64,000 nucleotides of DNA from a virus: the IMG/VR virus record IMGVR_UViG_3300028833_000010. One strand, 5' to 3'. The notes beneath the pieces are model-generated. The model searched no databases. It saw nothing but the letters and a program-made list of their open reading frames with translations, and had not been told where the DNA came from. Positions 37,676 through 46,202 of the stretch are shown here, piece by piece (position 1 is the stretch's first letter; each line of letters opens with the position of its first letter). Both the position numbers and the translations under genes were made by a program.

Positions 37676-38302
37676 ATGGGATTGGAGAGCATGTATTTCA
37701 AAGCAGATTATCATTACAAGGCTAAACTTGTCAATAAGTGGATTGCGATAATCAGATACTCAACAAATGAAAAGCGAGTTAAGGCATATAAGAATTTGGT
37801 ATTCAAGATGATGAAAGATATTGTCAAGAAAAATATTGCCAATTATCTAAATCTTCTTAACAATACTGAAGTGAAATACATGTCTGATAGAGATGAATTG
37901 GTTGCCGATTGTTATATCATCTTTGACAAATGTTTGGAGAAATATATAATTAAGGGCAATTACAATTTTTATTTCTATTTCAACAAATCATTATCAAGAA
38001 ATTTTTACAGAGATTATCAGAAGGAGTTACAGAGGAGCAATGGATGCGTAGAAATTTCAGAAGCATTGGAGGCAGTGAATAAGGGGTTTCACGATTATCG
38101 GGAGCCTGATGCAACTGAGCTTTTGATGGAGCATCTTGGTTTAGATGAATTAGAAAAGCGGATATGTCGTTCAAGAATGTTGGGTCAAAAAACTTCCGAG
38201 TTTTTGAAGGAAAATCCAGATGTAACAAACGGACAATATTCACGTTGTCTCAAGAAAATAAAAGAAGTACTAATAATGTTTCAAGAGAAAGGAGAAATTT
38301 AA
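37676..38302 (+). CDS. Second sigma-70-family-like (region 2/4) factor candidate
   Basis: ELVADCYIIFDKCLEKY resembles region 2. ELEKRICRSRMLGQKTSEFL...YSRCLKKIKEVL resembles a region-4 HTH. Confidence 0.35.
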   Translation: MGLESMYFKADYHYKAKLVNKWIAIIRYSTNEKRVKAYKNLVFKMMKDIVKKNIANYLNLLNNTEVKYMSDRDELVADCYIIFDKCLEKYIIKGNYNFYFYFNKSLSRNFYRDYQKELQRSNGCVEISEALEAVNKGFHDYREPDATELLMEHLGLDELEKRICRSRMLGQKTSEFLKENPDVTNGQYSRCLKKIKEVLIMFQEKGEI

Positions 38303-38303
38303 T

Positions 38304-38645
38304 ATGGAAGCGAACATTTATCAAAAAGCCATAGAACAGCTGGTATTGGAAGGAAATACGATATTACAAGTGTGTACTCCGAACAAGGATGAGTTCTTGT
38401 TCTTTGCCGTATATAAATGGCAAGAAGGGTATTTTAACACGGCTCAGTCTATTGATTTCAATACTGTGGAAGGTGTAAACATTACAGAGTTCTTAACTAA
38501 GAACGCAGCAATGTACTCTAATAGAACAAACTTTATATCGTCATTCAACCGAGTAATGGAAGAAGGAGTTTTGGTACGTTGCGAGTTCACAAAGAGTGCA
38601 ACTTGGTTTAAGTGGGCAGCTCCGAATGGTACAAAGAAACTGTAA
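38304..38645 (+). CDS. Hypothetical protein
   Basis: 113-aa ORF starting 2 nt after the upstream stop. Confidence 0.4.
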   Translation: MEANIYQKAIEQLVLEGNTILQVCTPNKDEFLFFAVYKWQEGYFNTAQSIDFNTVEGVNITEFLTKNAAMYSNRTNFISSFNRVMEEGVLVRCEFTKSATWFKWAAPNGTKKL

Positions 38646-38650
38646 ATAAA

Positions 38651-40138
38651 ATGAAACTGAGTAGATATCAAACAACGATTTATAAAGTATTTCAAAAGAC
38701 GAAGAAAGATATCAACATTTCAGCAGTTGCAGGTTCAGGGAAAACTACGGTGTTATTGGAGTTATTGAATTTTATTCCGAACAACGCCAGTTCCCTGTTC
38801 CTTGCTTTTAATAACTCAATTATTGATGAGTTAAAGGAGCGAAACAAACGAAAAGATGTTGAAATCATGACTATACATTCTTGCGGTTGGCGTTCTATAT
38901 TGAGCCGATACGGAGGAAGAGTGAAGATGAATCCAAACAAGGGCATTGCTAAAACAGAGAGAGCGTTGAAGGGTTTTGAAGACATTCCTGAAAATAAGCG
39001 AGGTTGGTATTATTTTATAATACCAAAAATGCTTGACCTTATGCGTTGTAACTTGTGCGAGAATACTGAAGAAGCTATAAACGAGTTGTCTGAACACTAT
39101 GATTTGAATGTCGGAGAAACGGAGGTGAAAGTTGCTATGAAAGCATTTGAGCTTCTGATTAAGGATAAGGGACAATTTGATTTCATGGATATGATATATG
39201 TTCCTGTTACTGACCCTTCGATACGTTTCAGAAAGTATGACTATGTATTTTGTGATGAAAGTCAAGACTTCTCAATATGTCAACATCAGTTCATAAAGAA
39301 TTGTTTGAACCGAAAAGGAAGGTTGGTGACTGTGGGAGACAAAAGGCAAGCAATATACGGCTTCGCAGGAGCTGACGCAGAAAGTTACGACCGACTGGCT
39401 AACATTAACGGACAAGCAATTAAACTGCCTTTGAGTGTGTCTTATCGGTGTGCTGTTAATATAGTGAAGGAAGCTCAGAAGATAGTGCCTGAAATATCAT
39501 ATGCTCCGAATGCTGAAGAAGGGATAGTCAAAGATGGAAGCCTGACCGAGATAGAGCAAGGTGATTGGATACTTTGTCGAAACTTAAAACCATTGGTTCA
39601 AACTTATCTTTGGTTAATGAAAAACAAAATCAAATCAAAGATACGAGGGAAAGAGATTGGCGAAGGTATTCTTGGACTGATAAGCAAAACAGGAGCTAAA
39701 ACAATCAATGGTTTGTTCTCTATGCTTGATGTTGAAAAGGATAATTTATTGAGGAAACTGGAAAAACGAGGAGTGCGAAAACCGAGCCTGCACTCTAAGA
39801 TGGAAGTGCTTCAGCAAAAGATAGAAGTTATTGAATGTCTTTGCGAGGAGGTTGAAAGCGTGGCTGAATTGAAAAAGCTAATCAATAGCATATTTAGCGA
39901 TGATATTAAAGGTATAATGTTATCTACTATTCACAAGGCGAAAGGCTTGGAGAATGCCCGCATTTTCTTCCTATGCCCAGAGTTGATACCGAGTAAATAT
40001 GCTACTTTGCCATGGCAGTATGAACAAGAACAAAATTTGAAATATGTGGCAATAACGAGAGCAAAGAAAGAACTAATATATGTTAGTGGAAATACTTTCA
40101 ATCAAGACATCAAAGACAGAGTTATTATTCAAAAATAG
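38651..40138 (+). CDS. UvrD/Rep-like SF1 DNA helicase, paralog 1
   Basis: AVAGSGKTT (motif I), FCDESQDF (II), VGDKRQAIYGFAGA (III), STIHKAKGLE (V), YVAITRAK (VI). I placed the start at ATG 38651. Confidence 0.75.
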   Translation: MKLSRYQTTIYKVFQKTKKDINISAVAGSGKTTVLLELLNFIPNNASSLFLAFNNSIIDELKERNKRKDVEIMTIHSCGWRSILSRYGGRVKMNPNKGIAKTERALKGFEDIPENKRGWYYFIIPKMLDLMRCNLCENTEEAINELSEHYDLNVGETEVKVAMKAFELLIKDKGQFDFMDMIYVPVTDPSIRFRKYDYVFCDESQDFSICQHQFIKNCLNRKGRLVTVGDKRQAIYGFAGADAESYDRLANINGQAIKLPLSVSYRCAVNIVKEAQKIVPEISYAPNAEEGIVKDGSLTEIEQGDWILCRNLKPLVQTYLWLMKNKIKSKIRGKEIGEGILGLISKTGAKTINGLFSMLDVEKDNLLRKLEKRGVRKPSLHSKMEVLQQKIEVIECLCEEVESVAELKKLINSIFSDDIKGIMLSTIHKAKGLENARIFFLCPELIPSKYATLPWQYEQEQNLKYVAITRAKKELIYVSGNTFNQDIKDRVIIQK

Positions 40139-40146
40139 AAACAATT

Positions 40147-40290
40147 ATGGAAGACATTAGAAAGAAAGCTCAAGATGATGAGCTTAACAAGGATGAAGAC
40201 AAAGAGGATATTGGTAAAGCTCCGAGAAAGCGCATACCAGTTCCCAAAGCAGACAAGAAAGGCGACAAAGACAAGAAATTTAAAGATTGA
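40147..40290 (+). CDS. Small charged protein (47 aa)
   Basis: ATG-to-TGA ORF I translated by hand (MEDIRKKAQDDELNKDEDKEDIGKAPRKRIPVPKADKKGDKDKKFKD). It is below the track's size cutoff. It fills the gap before the terminator at 40318. Confidence 0.25.
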   Translation: MEDIRKKAQDDELNKDEDKEDIGKAPRKRIPVPKADKKGDKDKKFKD

Positions 40291-40317
40291 AAACAATTTT
40301 CTTGACGTTTTATTGTG

Positions 40318-40350
40318 AGAAGAGAATGTATTGCGGCATTCTCTTTTTTA
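40318..40350 (+). terminator. Intrinsic terminator
   Basis: AGAGAATG (40321-40328) pairs with CATTCTCT (40337-40344) and is followed by a T-run. Confidence 0.7.
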
Positions 40351-40392
40351 TTTTACAAAGTTATTAAATACAAACTATTGTATTATAAAGTT

Positions 40393-41298
40393 ATGGCAAT
40401 GAAATTTACACCCGAAAGGATTGAAGAATTGAAACCAGGTGAGATATTTGTATTTGGTTCCAATATGAATGGAGCTCACATGGGAGGAGCTGCCCGCATA
40501 GCCTACGATAATTTTGGAGCAAAGTGGGGCAAAAGTGAAGGATTGACAGGACACTCTTATGCTATTCCGACTTTGGACAAGAACATGGAGAAAGTATCGG
40601 AGAGTGCATTGGAAGCAAGTATTGACAAATTCATAGACTTTGTATTGAATAATCAACAATTGACGTTCTATCTTACTAAGATAGGTTGCGGAATTGCTGG
40701 TTGGGACATAGAAGATGTGAAAAGGATATTTTGGAAGATTGTAGAAAAAAATTACAAGAAAGGTACGAAAAGGATATTTTGGAAGGCTGTAGAAGAAGAT
40801 TACATGTTTGACTCAGAATGCTATATTCCAATTAATTTAATAATTCCAATAGAGTTTTATGATAGAACATTGGAAATACTTGACGAGTGCTTCTCAAATG
40901 TTAAGTTTATTAAAAGGGAAAATGAAAATAATAATTATATGAAAGAAGACAAAATTCACAACATCTGTCAGTTCAGGCAACTGAAAAGTCTTGTAGAGTG
41001 GTGCCAAAACCAACGAAAGCAAGGAAATCTACACGTTGACGAAGGCTTCTCAGAGGAGGAACTTGAGATTATCTGCTCAAACTTGTGCGAGGTTGACCCG
41101 AACACGCTAATGGGTGTCTCCGAGTACATGGAACTGGAAAAGTATTGTGAGGAAATAACTGAGTTAGAAATAACAGTTTCTGATGTTGAGAGTTTTATTG
41201 TGTCACACAAGTTCACTATGGGGATAGAGGAGGCTATTAGAACATTGCGTGCATTAAAATACACCAATGATGGAATACTTAAAATAGCTGAAAATTAG
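40393..41298 (+). CDS. Protein with an N-terminal 'FVFGSNxxGxHxGGAA' Rossmann-like (macro/SLOG-like, A1S_2505-type) domain and an unrelated C-terminal half
   Basis: EIFVFGSNMNGAHMGGAARIAYDNFGAKWGKSEGLTGHSYAIPT matches a phage/bacterial family I recall as the 'A1S_2505 family phage non-structural protein'. I placed the start at ATG 40393. Confidence 0.45.
   Translation: MAMKFTPERIEELKPGEIFVFGSNMNGAHMGGAARIAYDNFGAKWGKSEGLTGHSYAIPTLDKNMEKVSESALEASIDKFIDFVLNNQQLTFYLTKIGCGIAGWDIEDVKRIFWKIVEKNYKKGTKRIFWKAVEEDYMFDSECYIPINLIIPIEFYDRTLEILDECFSNVKFIKRENENNNYMKEDKIHNICQFRQLKSLVEWCQNQRKQGNLHVDEGFSEEELEIICSNLCEVDPNTLMGVSEYMELEKYCEEITELEITVSDVESFIVSHKFTMGIEEAIRTLRALKYTNDGILKIAEN
40719..40794 (+). repeat. 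48-nt-period tandem duplication inside the gene (KRIFWKIVEK / KRIFWKAVEE)
   Basis: GAAAAGGATATTTTGGAAG occurs at 40719 and again at 40767. Confidence 0.8.
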
Positions 41299-41308
41299 AA
41301 TAATATAA

Positions 41309-41608
41309 ATGAAAATAACAATAGAGCTAACAAAACTCAGATGTGTGTTAACCAAAGCTTATAGAGATGGTTATTCATGTGGATATAAGGTAGGGAAGAA
41401 AGAGGGAGTAAAAGATGTTTTAAAGAAAGATATACATGAAATTCCTTTTGAGTCAGACTATTTTTTAATGGATAATGCGTTGTATCTTTGTACTTTACAT
41501 TCAAATGAAGTCACTATTTGCGAATATAAAGATGGTCAGTTTCATAAACATGAAGGGTCAAAAGAAGTTGTTAAAATAGAAGATATATACAAATGGAAAA
41601 GGATATAA
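41309..41608 (+). CDS. Hypothetical small protein
   Basis: 99-aa ORF in a tightly packed small-gene array. Confidence 0.35.
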   Translation: MKITIELTKLRCVLTKAYRDGYSCGYKVGKKEGVKDVLKKDIHEIPFESDYFLMDNALYLCTLHSNEVTICEYKDGQFHKHEGSKEVVKIEDIYKWKRI

Positions 41609-42039
41609 AAACAAAGAAAGTTCCTTTTGACGTTGAAAAAGCAAAGACTGGAGCTAAGATAATTACAAGAAATAAAAGACCAGTAAGAATTTTGGACTAT
41701 AACTTAAAAAGTATAGATACGCCCATTGTAGCTGCTGTTATGGAAGATACATACGAGCATGTATTTAAATATAAGATAAACGGCAAACATGAATGCAAAA
41801 GCCTTTATGAATTTGACCTTTTTATCGAAGAAGAAGTCAAGTCAAGACAAATGACCCGCCAAGAACTCGCAGACTGGTTGCGAGACGCTCCCGAAGAACA
41901 CCGAGAGTATAGGTATGCAGGTGATAAAGACGTTTATAACACTTACGATTATCCAGAAGATGAGGCAAATACTCCAGAAGGAGGTGTATTCATTCGTAGG
42001 AATCACGGTGAGTGGCAAGAGCCACTTATAGAATTGTAA
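41593..42039 (+). CDS. Hypothetical protein
   Basis: 148-aa ORF that overlaps the upstream gene by 16 nt. Confidence 0.35.
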   Translation: MEKDIKTKKVPFDVEKAKTGAKIITRNKRPVRILDYNLKSIDTPIVAAVMEDTYEHVFKYKINGKHECKSLYEFDLFIEEEVKSRQMTRQELADWLRDAPEEHREYRYAGDKDVYNTYDYPEDEANTPEGGVFIRRNHGEWQEPLIEL

Positions 42040-42049
42040 GAATAATGCG

Positions 42050-42268
42050 ATGAAAAAGAGACTGATAAAGAAATGGCATTTCCTTCTATGTTCTCATTAT
42101 AGTTATTGTGTAGAAAATTTGGATTTTTATTGTGTTACAAACTGTAAGAAGATGTTCTCAGTTAGCAAAAGACAAAAGAATTTTTATTACAGATTTTGTA
42201 AGAAATTAAAACAATGGAAACACGGCAGTAAAAACATAGACATATACGAGGATGATGAAAAAGTATAG
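42050..42268 (+). CDS. Mini Cys-rich (zinc-ribbon-like) protein, paralog A
   Basis: MKKRLIKKWHFLLCSHYSYC..C..NC. Its first 37 coding nt are identical to those of the gene at 43427. Confidence 0.45.
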   Translation: MKKRLIKKWHFLLCSHYSYCVENLDFYCVTNCKKMFSVSKRQKNFYYRFCKKLKQWKHGSKNIDIYEDDEKV

Positions 42269-42482
42269 GATAATAAAGATTAACAGAGGGGGACTTTCTC
42301 TGTATCGGATTCAGAAAAGATTGCTTTTCTGGTGGTTTGATGTTAGTTTAGATGGAGATGTAGTTGCTCCATACATTGGCCCTCAGTACTATCCATTTGA
42401 TTATAGTTCTTTGGAGGGAGCAAGAAAGTCTCTTAAAGAGATAATTAACAATCAAAAGAAAGTAATAATTGACGAGATTTGA
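42252..42482 (+). CDS. Hypothetical small protein
   Basis: 76-aa ORF. Confidence 0.3.
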   Translation: MMKKYRIIKINRGGLSLYRIQKRLLFWWFDVSLDGDVVAPYIGPQYYPFDYSSLEGARKSLKEIINNQKKVIIDEI

Positions 42483-42502
42483 AAATTAAACAATAATGAA
42501 TT

Positions 42503-42892
42503 ATGGAAATAAAAATTGACGAAATTAAAGAGGCAGCATCTAAAGTAACCGATTTTATTGACAACGAAGAAGAGCGTTATTACAACAAACAAAAGGGTGC
42601 TGAATATGATAAATTTATTGAAGGAGCTCAATGGGCTATTCAAAAAATGAAAAATGATGATTGCTCTCAAACTTCCACGACTATTAAAGTATTGTATTCA
42701 GAGGAAGGAACTAAAGAGTATATTTCATTGGCTACGGGCAAAGAAGAGACTAACAAAACAGTTGCTTATAAAGAAACTACCGCAAATGGTTCTACAACTC
42801 TTTCTGAGTTAATTGATAGCTTGGATTTAACTGTAAAGGACCAAGGGCTCACTATCAAACACATTGAAATTTCTAAATTGAAAGACGTATGA
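42503..42892 (+). CDS. Hypothetical protein
   Basis: 129-aa ORF. Confidence 0.35.
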   Translation: MEIKIDEIKEAASKVTDFIDNEEERYYNKQKGAEYDKFIEGAQWAIQKMKNDDCSQTSTTIKVLYSEEGTKEYISLATGKEETNKTVAYKETTANGSTTLSELIDSLDLTVKDQGLTIKHIEISKLKDV

Positions 42893-43095
42893 AATGGGCA
42901 ATTTTAGTATTAACGATTAACGGCAATTATGCACCATGGGCTACCTTTAATGATAGTATTGATGCGGCAAGCTATAAAACTCAATTGTTTGCGTATAACA
43001 GACGCAATTCCTTGTCTATCAAAGCGCATGGTTGGATTATACCGACTAATTGGCAAGATTTTAATCGAAATGTAATAATTAAAAAAGACGAATGA
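42889..43095 (+). CDS. Hypothetical small protein
   Basis: 68-aa ORF with an ATGA overlap to the upstream gene. Confidence 0.3.
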   Translation: MKWAILVLTINGNYAPWATFNDSIDAASYKTQLFAYNRRNSLSIKAHGWIIPTNWQDFNRNVIIKKDE

Positions 43096-43096
43096 C

Positions 43097-43420
43097 ATGG
43101 CATTTTTAAGCGATGAGTTGGAAGCACTCTATAAAGAGTGGAACAATGGAGGTTCAATAATTGATATTAATAGAAAATTTAATATCTACACAGCTGATAA
43201 AATTAAAGAGGGTAATATAACAACTACAAGGGATTTGGTTGACCACGTTACTTATGTAAATGGTATTGTAAACAAATCTTCCTTTGTTACAAATTCAATC
43301 ATTCCTCGCAACGTAGTTGTACGCATGGTACTTGACAGCCTTCCAAAAGAAATGGCAAAGAAGCCGTATGATTATTTCACTACCTTAAAGGAGAAATTGG
43401 AAGAATTATTAAATTGTTGA
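43097..43420 (+). CDS. Hypothetical protein
   Basis: 107-aa ORF. Confidence 0.35.
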   Translation: MAFLSDELEALYKEWNNGGSIIDINRKFNIYTADKIKEGNITTTRDLVDHVTYVNGIVNKSSFVTNSIIPRNVVVRMVLDSLPKEMAKKPYDYFTTLKEKLEELLNC

Positions 43421-43426
43421 CAGGAG

Positions 43427-43609
43427 ATGAAAAAGAGACTGATAAAGAAATGGCATTTCCTTCGCTGTACGCTTCGGTACGAATGTATTGGAACACGATA
43501 TTCCGATTGTATTTTATGCCGGCATTTCTTTGTAGGCAGAAAGGATAGGAGAGAACATTATATCTTATTGAAGATGCTAAAGAAGCATTTAACAGGCATA
43601 AAAGAATAG
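43427..43609 (+). CDS. Mini Cys-rich (zinc-ribbon-like) protein, paralog B
   Basis: MKKRLIKKWHFLRCTLRYEC..C..C, with the same CX5C-X7-CX2-3C spacing as paralog A. Confidence 0.45.
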   Translation: MKKRLIKKWHFLRCTLRYECIGTRYSDCILCRHFFVGRKDRREHYILLKMLKKHLTGIKE

Positions 43610-43613
43610 AAAA

Positions 43614-43892
43614 ATGACGTTGAAGGAACTTGAATACAATTTATCGTTAAGAGATAAGAATGTCAAATTGAAAGAAGATGCATATTTGTCTTTTCGCATA
43701 TTTATATATTCACTAATGGGCAAAAGAAAGATATTGACATTTATGGATAAACAAAGAGAGTTCCGAGTGACCAAAATATCTAATTACCCAGACCAAGGCA
43801 AACAATATCCTATTTGTGTATTAAGAGTAGAAAGATTGCGATTGAAGAAAAAAGTAGTTAAACCAAAGCGAAACGCAACAAATAAGTCTTGA
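43614..43892 (+). CDS. Hypothetical basic protein
   Basis: 92-aa ORF. Confidence 0.3.
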   Translation: MTLKELEYNLSLRDKNVKLKEDAYLSFRIFIYSLMGKRKILTFMDKQREFRVTKISNYPDQGKQYPICVLRVERLRLKKKVVKPKRNATNKS

Positions 43893-43937
43893 AACGCAAA
43901 TATAAGTATATGTATGAAAAAGTAATCGTAAATAAAA

Positions 43938-45170
43938 ATGGAAGAAAAGAAACATATTACAATTCCAGAGGATGTTGTAAATCCAACGGAGTATAAAAAG
44001 ATGCTTGCTTTGGAAAGACACCCTATTATACGTAACACTATTTACATAAGTAGTGAAGGGGATGAAATCAACATTGCTATGCTACCACATAGGCTGGCGA
44101 AATATATTGAACATCTCAGTTCCAAGGAGCAAGAAGATATATTGGAGCTCAAGAGAAAGTATAATCAGATGCGGGCAAAGATAAGCACCGCAAAGTCTCT
44201 TGCTTTTGGTAGAGCAGGAAGGTATGGGGGCAAGAAGAAAGAGGACTTGGCTGTATATAAACTCAGTCCGTTTGAAGAGGATATTATTGAGCTCCTTGGA
44301 CGTATGTTTACAGTTGCCGAGGTTGTAAAGATAATGGGTGAGGACAACGGAGTAATTGTCAACGAGGATGACGTCAAGGGAATACTGAAGAAGCATATTG
44401 TTGAGATTGAAAGAAAGCGTGAAGAGTTCCGAAACAGAGTAGCTGATGTCAGACTATATAACAAGAGACCAAGACTTGAGGAGCTTGCTTGGATGTATTC
44501 TAAGATGAAGAATAAGTATATTGTTCTTAATTCGATTGACTCTTACAACGCAATGCTTCGTACCTTGGAGCAGATACGCAAGGAAGCAGAAGGAGACATA
44601 CTCAATATAAATGGAGTAGTTGACGTCAATGTCGAAGTAACAATCCAAAATCATATTCAGAAGGAGATACTCAAAACAATAAACCTCAAAGAGATTATCT
44701 TGGGACGTGTAGCGGCACGCATGAAATATGACCCCAAGAAATTGATTGCGGGTTTGCATAATTCGTACTATGCTAAGTTTGTCGATATATCTGGAGAGTA
44801 TGATGCAGATGCTGAAATGAATTATCCATCCAACTCAGCCTATGATTTTACCGCAATAGAGCGTACTGCCGGCAAAGAGGTAATGGACGTTAAGGCAGAA
44901 GATGTTACTGAAGCAGAACATTCCTCAGCTTCTAATATCAAAGATTTGTTCTTGTCTAAGATACGCAAACAAAGGCAAGATATGGAAGCACGTCAATCTG
45001 GATGGGATGCAGAAGCCGAAAGAAAAAGACCTATTGCGGAGGATGAAACTCCAATTGACCGAAGTTCAGCTGGACGAGGTAAGGACAAGATACCACCTAG
45101 CAAGACAAAAGCTGGGCAGCGCAAGAATAAAGATAAGCCATATGGTAAAGAGATAAGGGTGAAGAAATAA
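43938..45170 (+). CDS. Hypothetical protein with a basic, disordered-looking C-terminus
   Basis: 410-aa ORF preceded by the AATCGTAAAT leader motif. No catalytic motif recognised. Confidence 0.45.
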   Translation: MEEKKHITIPEDVVNPTEYKKMLALERHPIIRNTIYISSEGDEINIAMLPHRLAKYIEHLSSKEQEDILELKRKYNQMRAKISTAKSLAFGRAGRYGGKKKEDLAVYKLSPFEEDIIELLGRMFTVAEVVKIMGEDNGVIVNEDDVKGILKKHIVEIERKREEFRNRVADVRLYNKRPRLEELAWMYSKMKNKYIVLNSIDSYNAMLRTLEQIRKEAEGDILNINGVVDVNVEVTIQNHIQKEILKTINLKEIILGRVAARMKYDPKKLIAGLHNSYYAKFVDISGEYDADAEMNYPSNSAYDFTAIERTAGKEVMDVKAEDVTEAEHSSASNIKDLFLSKIRKQRQDMEARQSGWDAEAERKRPIAEDETPIDRSSAGRGKDKIPPSKTKAGQRKNKDKPYGKEIRVKK

Positions 45171-45195
45171 ATCATTGTAAAAAGCATATAAAGAT

Positions 45196-45732
45196 ATGAA
45201 AGCACGATACAAACGTTACTTCTCATTGATAGATAAATGGGATGATAAAATAGCAAACAACTTTATTTCTCTTGGGTATGCAGTGAGTATTGTAGTACCA
45301 TTGGAGAAAGTAAAGGTATGTTTGCTCATTCATCAGTATATCGAAAATGAACAAGGACATTGGCCTGTTAAGACAGTTGTGTTTGTAGATATGAATTGGT
45401 ATGTTCAATACAAGACAAGAGGGTTTGAAGAACAATTTAAAAGAGTTTTAACAATAGAGGACTTACAAATAAAGGCTTGGGAGTTAAACAAGCAATATGA
45501 TAATCTATCAACATTTGAAGCTACGGACATTCAGAAGTTTATTCAAGACAATGTTCCTGATGTAGAAATGCGAGAAGATTTTGCTGAATACAAAACATTA
45601 AAGGAATGCCTTGCTAATCCAAATCTATGCAATCGTACTCAGGCGGCAGAATTGTTTGAAAAGTTCATATACATAAAAGATAAGCTGTTTATGGAGGCAA
45701 TGGATAATTGGTTAAAAAGAGGAAATAATTAA
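45196..45732 (+). CDS. Hypothetical protein
   Basis: 178-aa ORF. Confidence 0.4.
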   Translation: MKARYKRYFSLIDKWDDKIANNFISLGYAVSIVVPLEKVKVCLLIHQYIENEQGHWPVKTVVFVDMNWYVQYKTRGFEEQFKRVLTIEDLQIKAWELNKQYDNLSTFEATDIQKFIQDNVPDVEMREDFAEYKTLKECLANPNLCNRTQAAELFEKFIYIKDKLFMEAMDNWLKRGNN

Positions 45733-45782
45733 ACAACGTTTATTAATAATGACTTTGAATAAAAGCTATTATAATGAATTTG

Positions 45783-45815
45783 GAAGCTCTAGGCTGTGAA
45801 GTTCGGAGCTTTTTA
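45783..45815 (+). terminator. Intrinsic terminator
   Basis: AAGCTC (45784-45789) pairs with GAGCTT (45806-45811) and is followed by TTTTATT. Confidence 0.55.
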
Positions 45816-45857
45816 TTGCCCAAAATTAAATTTTCCCCAAAAATAATTGGTAAAAAG

Positions 45858-45891
45858 TTTTGCCGTTTCGCAAGAAGTTCGTAACTTTACG
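45858..45891 (+). promoter_or_regulatory. Class-1 promoter copy P5
   Basis: TTTTGCCG (45858-45865), a 19-nt gap after TTTG, then TAACTTTACG (45882-45891). Confidence 0.55.
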
Positions 45892-45927
45892 TTGTAATTA
45901 GATAATATCAAATAAATAATTAAGCGT

Positions 45928-46098
45928 ATGTATAATTCATTAACAACTCCTCACACTTATTACGTATCAGTAGATTCATCTCATTGCCCTAAACAGGTAA
46001 GTAAAACAACGTATTTCCGCTATAAACGTAAATACAGGGTGCGTGAATACGTTAACAATTTATACGGCTATAAACAGCATGTAATTGAGGTACTGTAA
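45928..46098 (+). CDS. Possible 56-aa Tyr/Arg/Lys-rich peptide
   Basis: Translated by hand: MYNSLTTPHTYYVSVDSSHCPKQVSKTTYFRYKRKYRVREYVNNLYGYKQHVIEVL. It is the first ATG ORF after promoter P5 and is below the track's size cutoff. Confidence 0.2.
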   Translation: MYNSLTTPHTYYVSVDSSHCPKQVSKTTYFRYKRKYRVREYVNNLYGYKQHVIEVL

Positions 46099-46202
46099 TG
46101 CAAGCGTTGGGCTTAATCCTGATATAATCGCTTATATCAACAGTCAAGAAGTTACAAGGTTAATAACAATCAAGAAGTAAAACTCAATCAAACAAAAATA
46201 AT

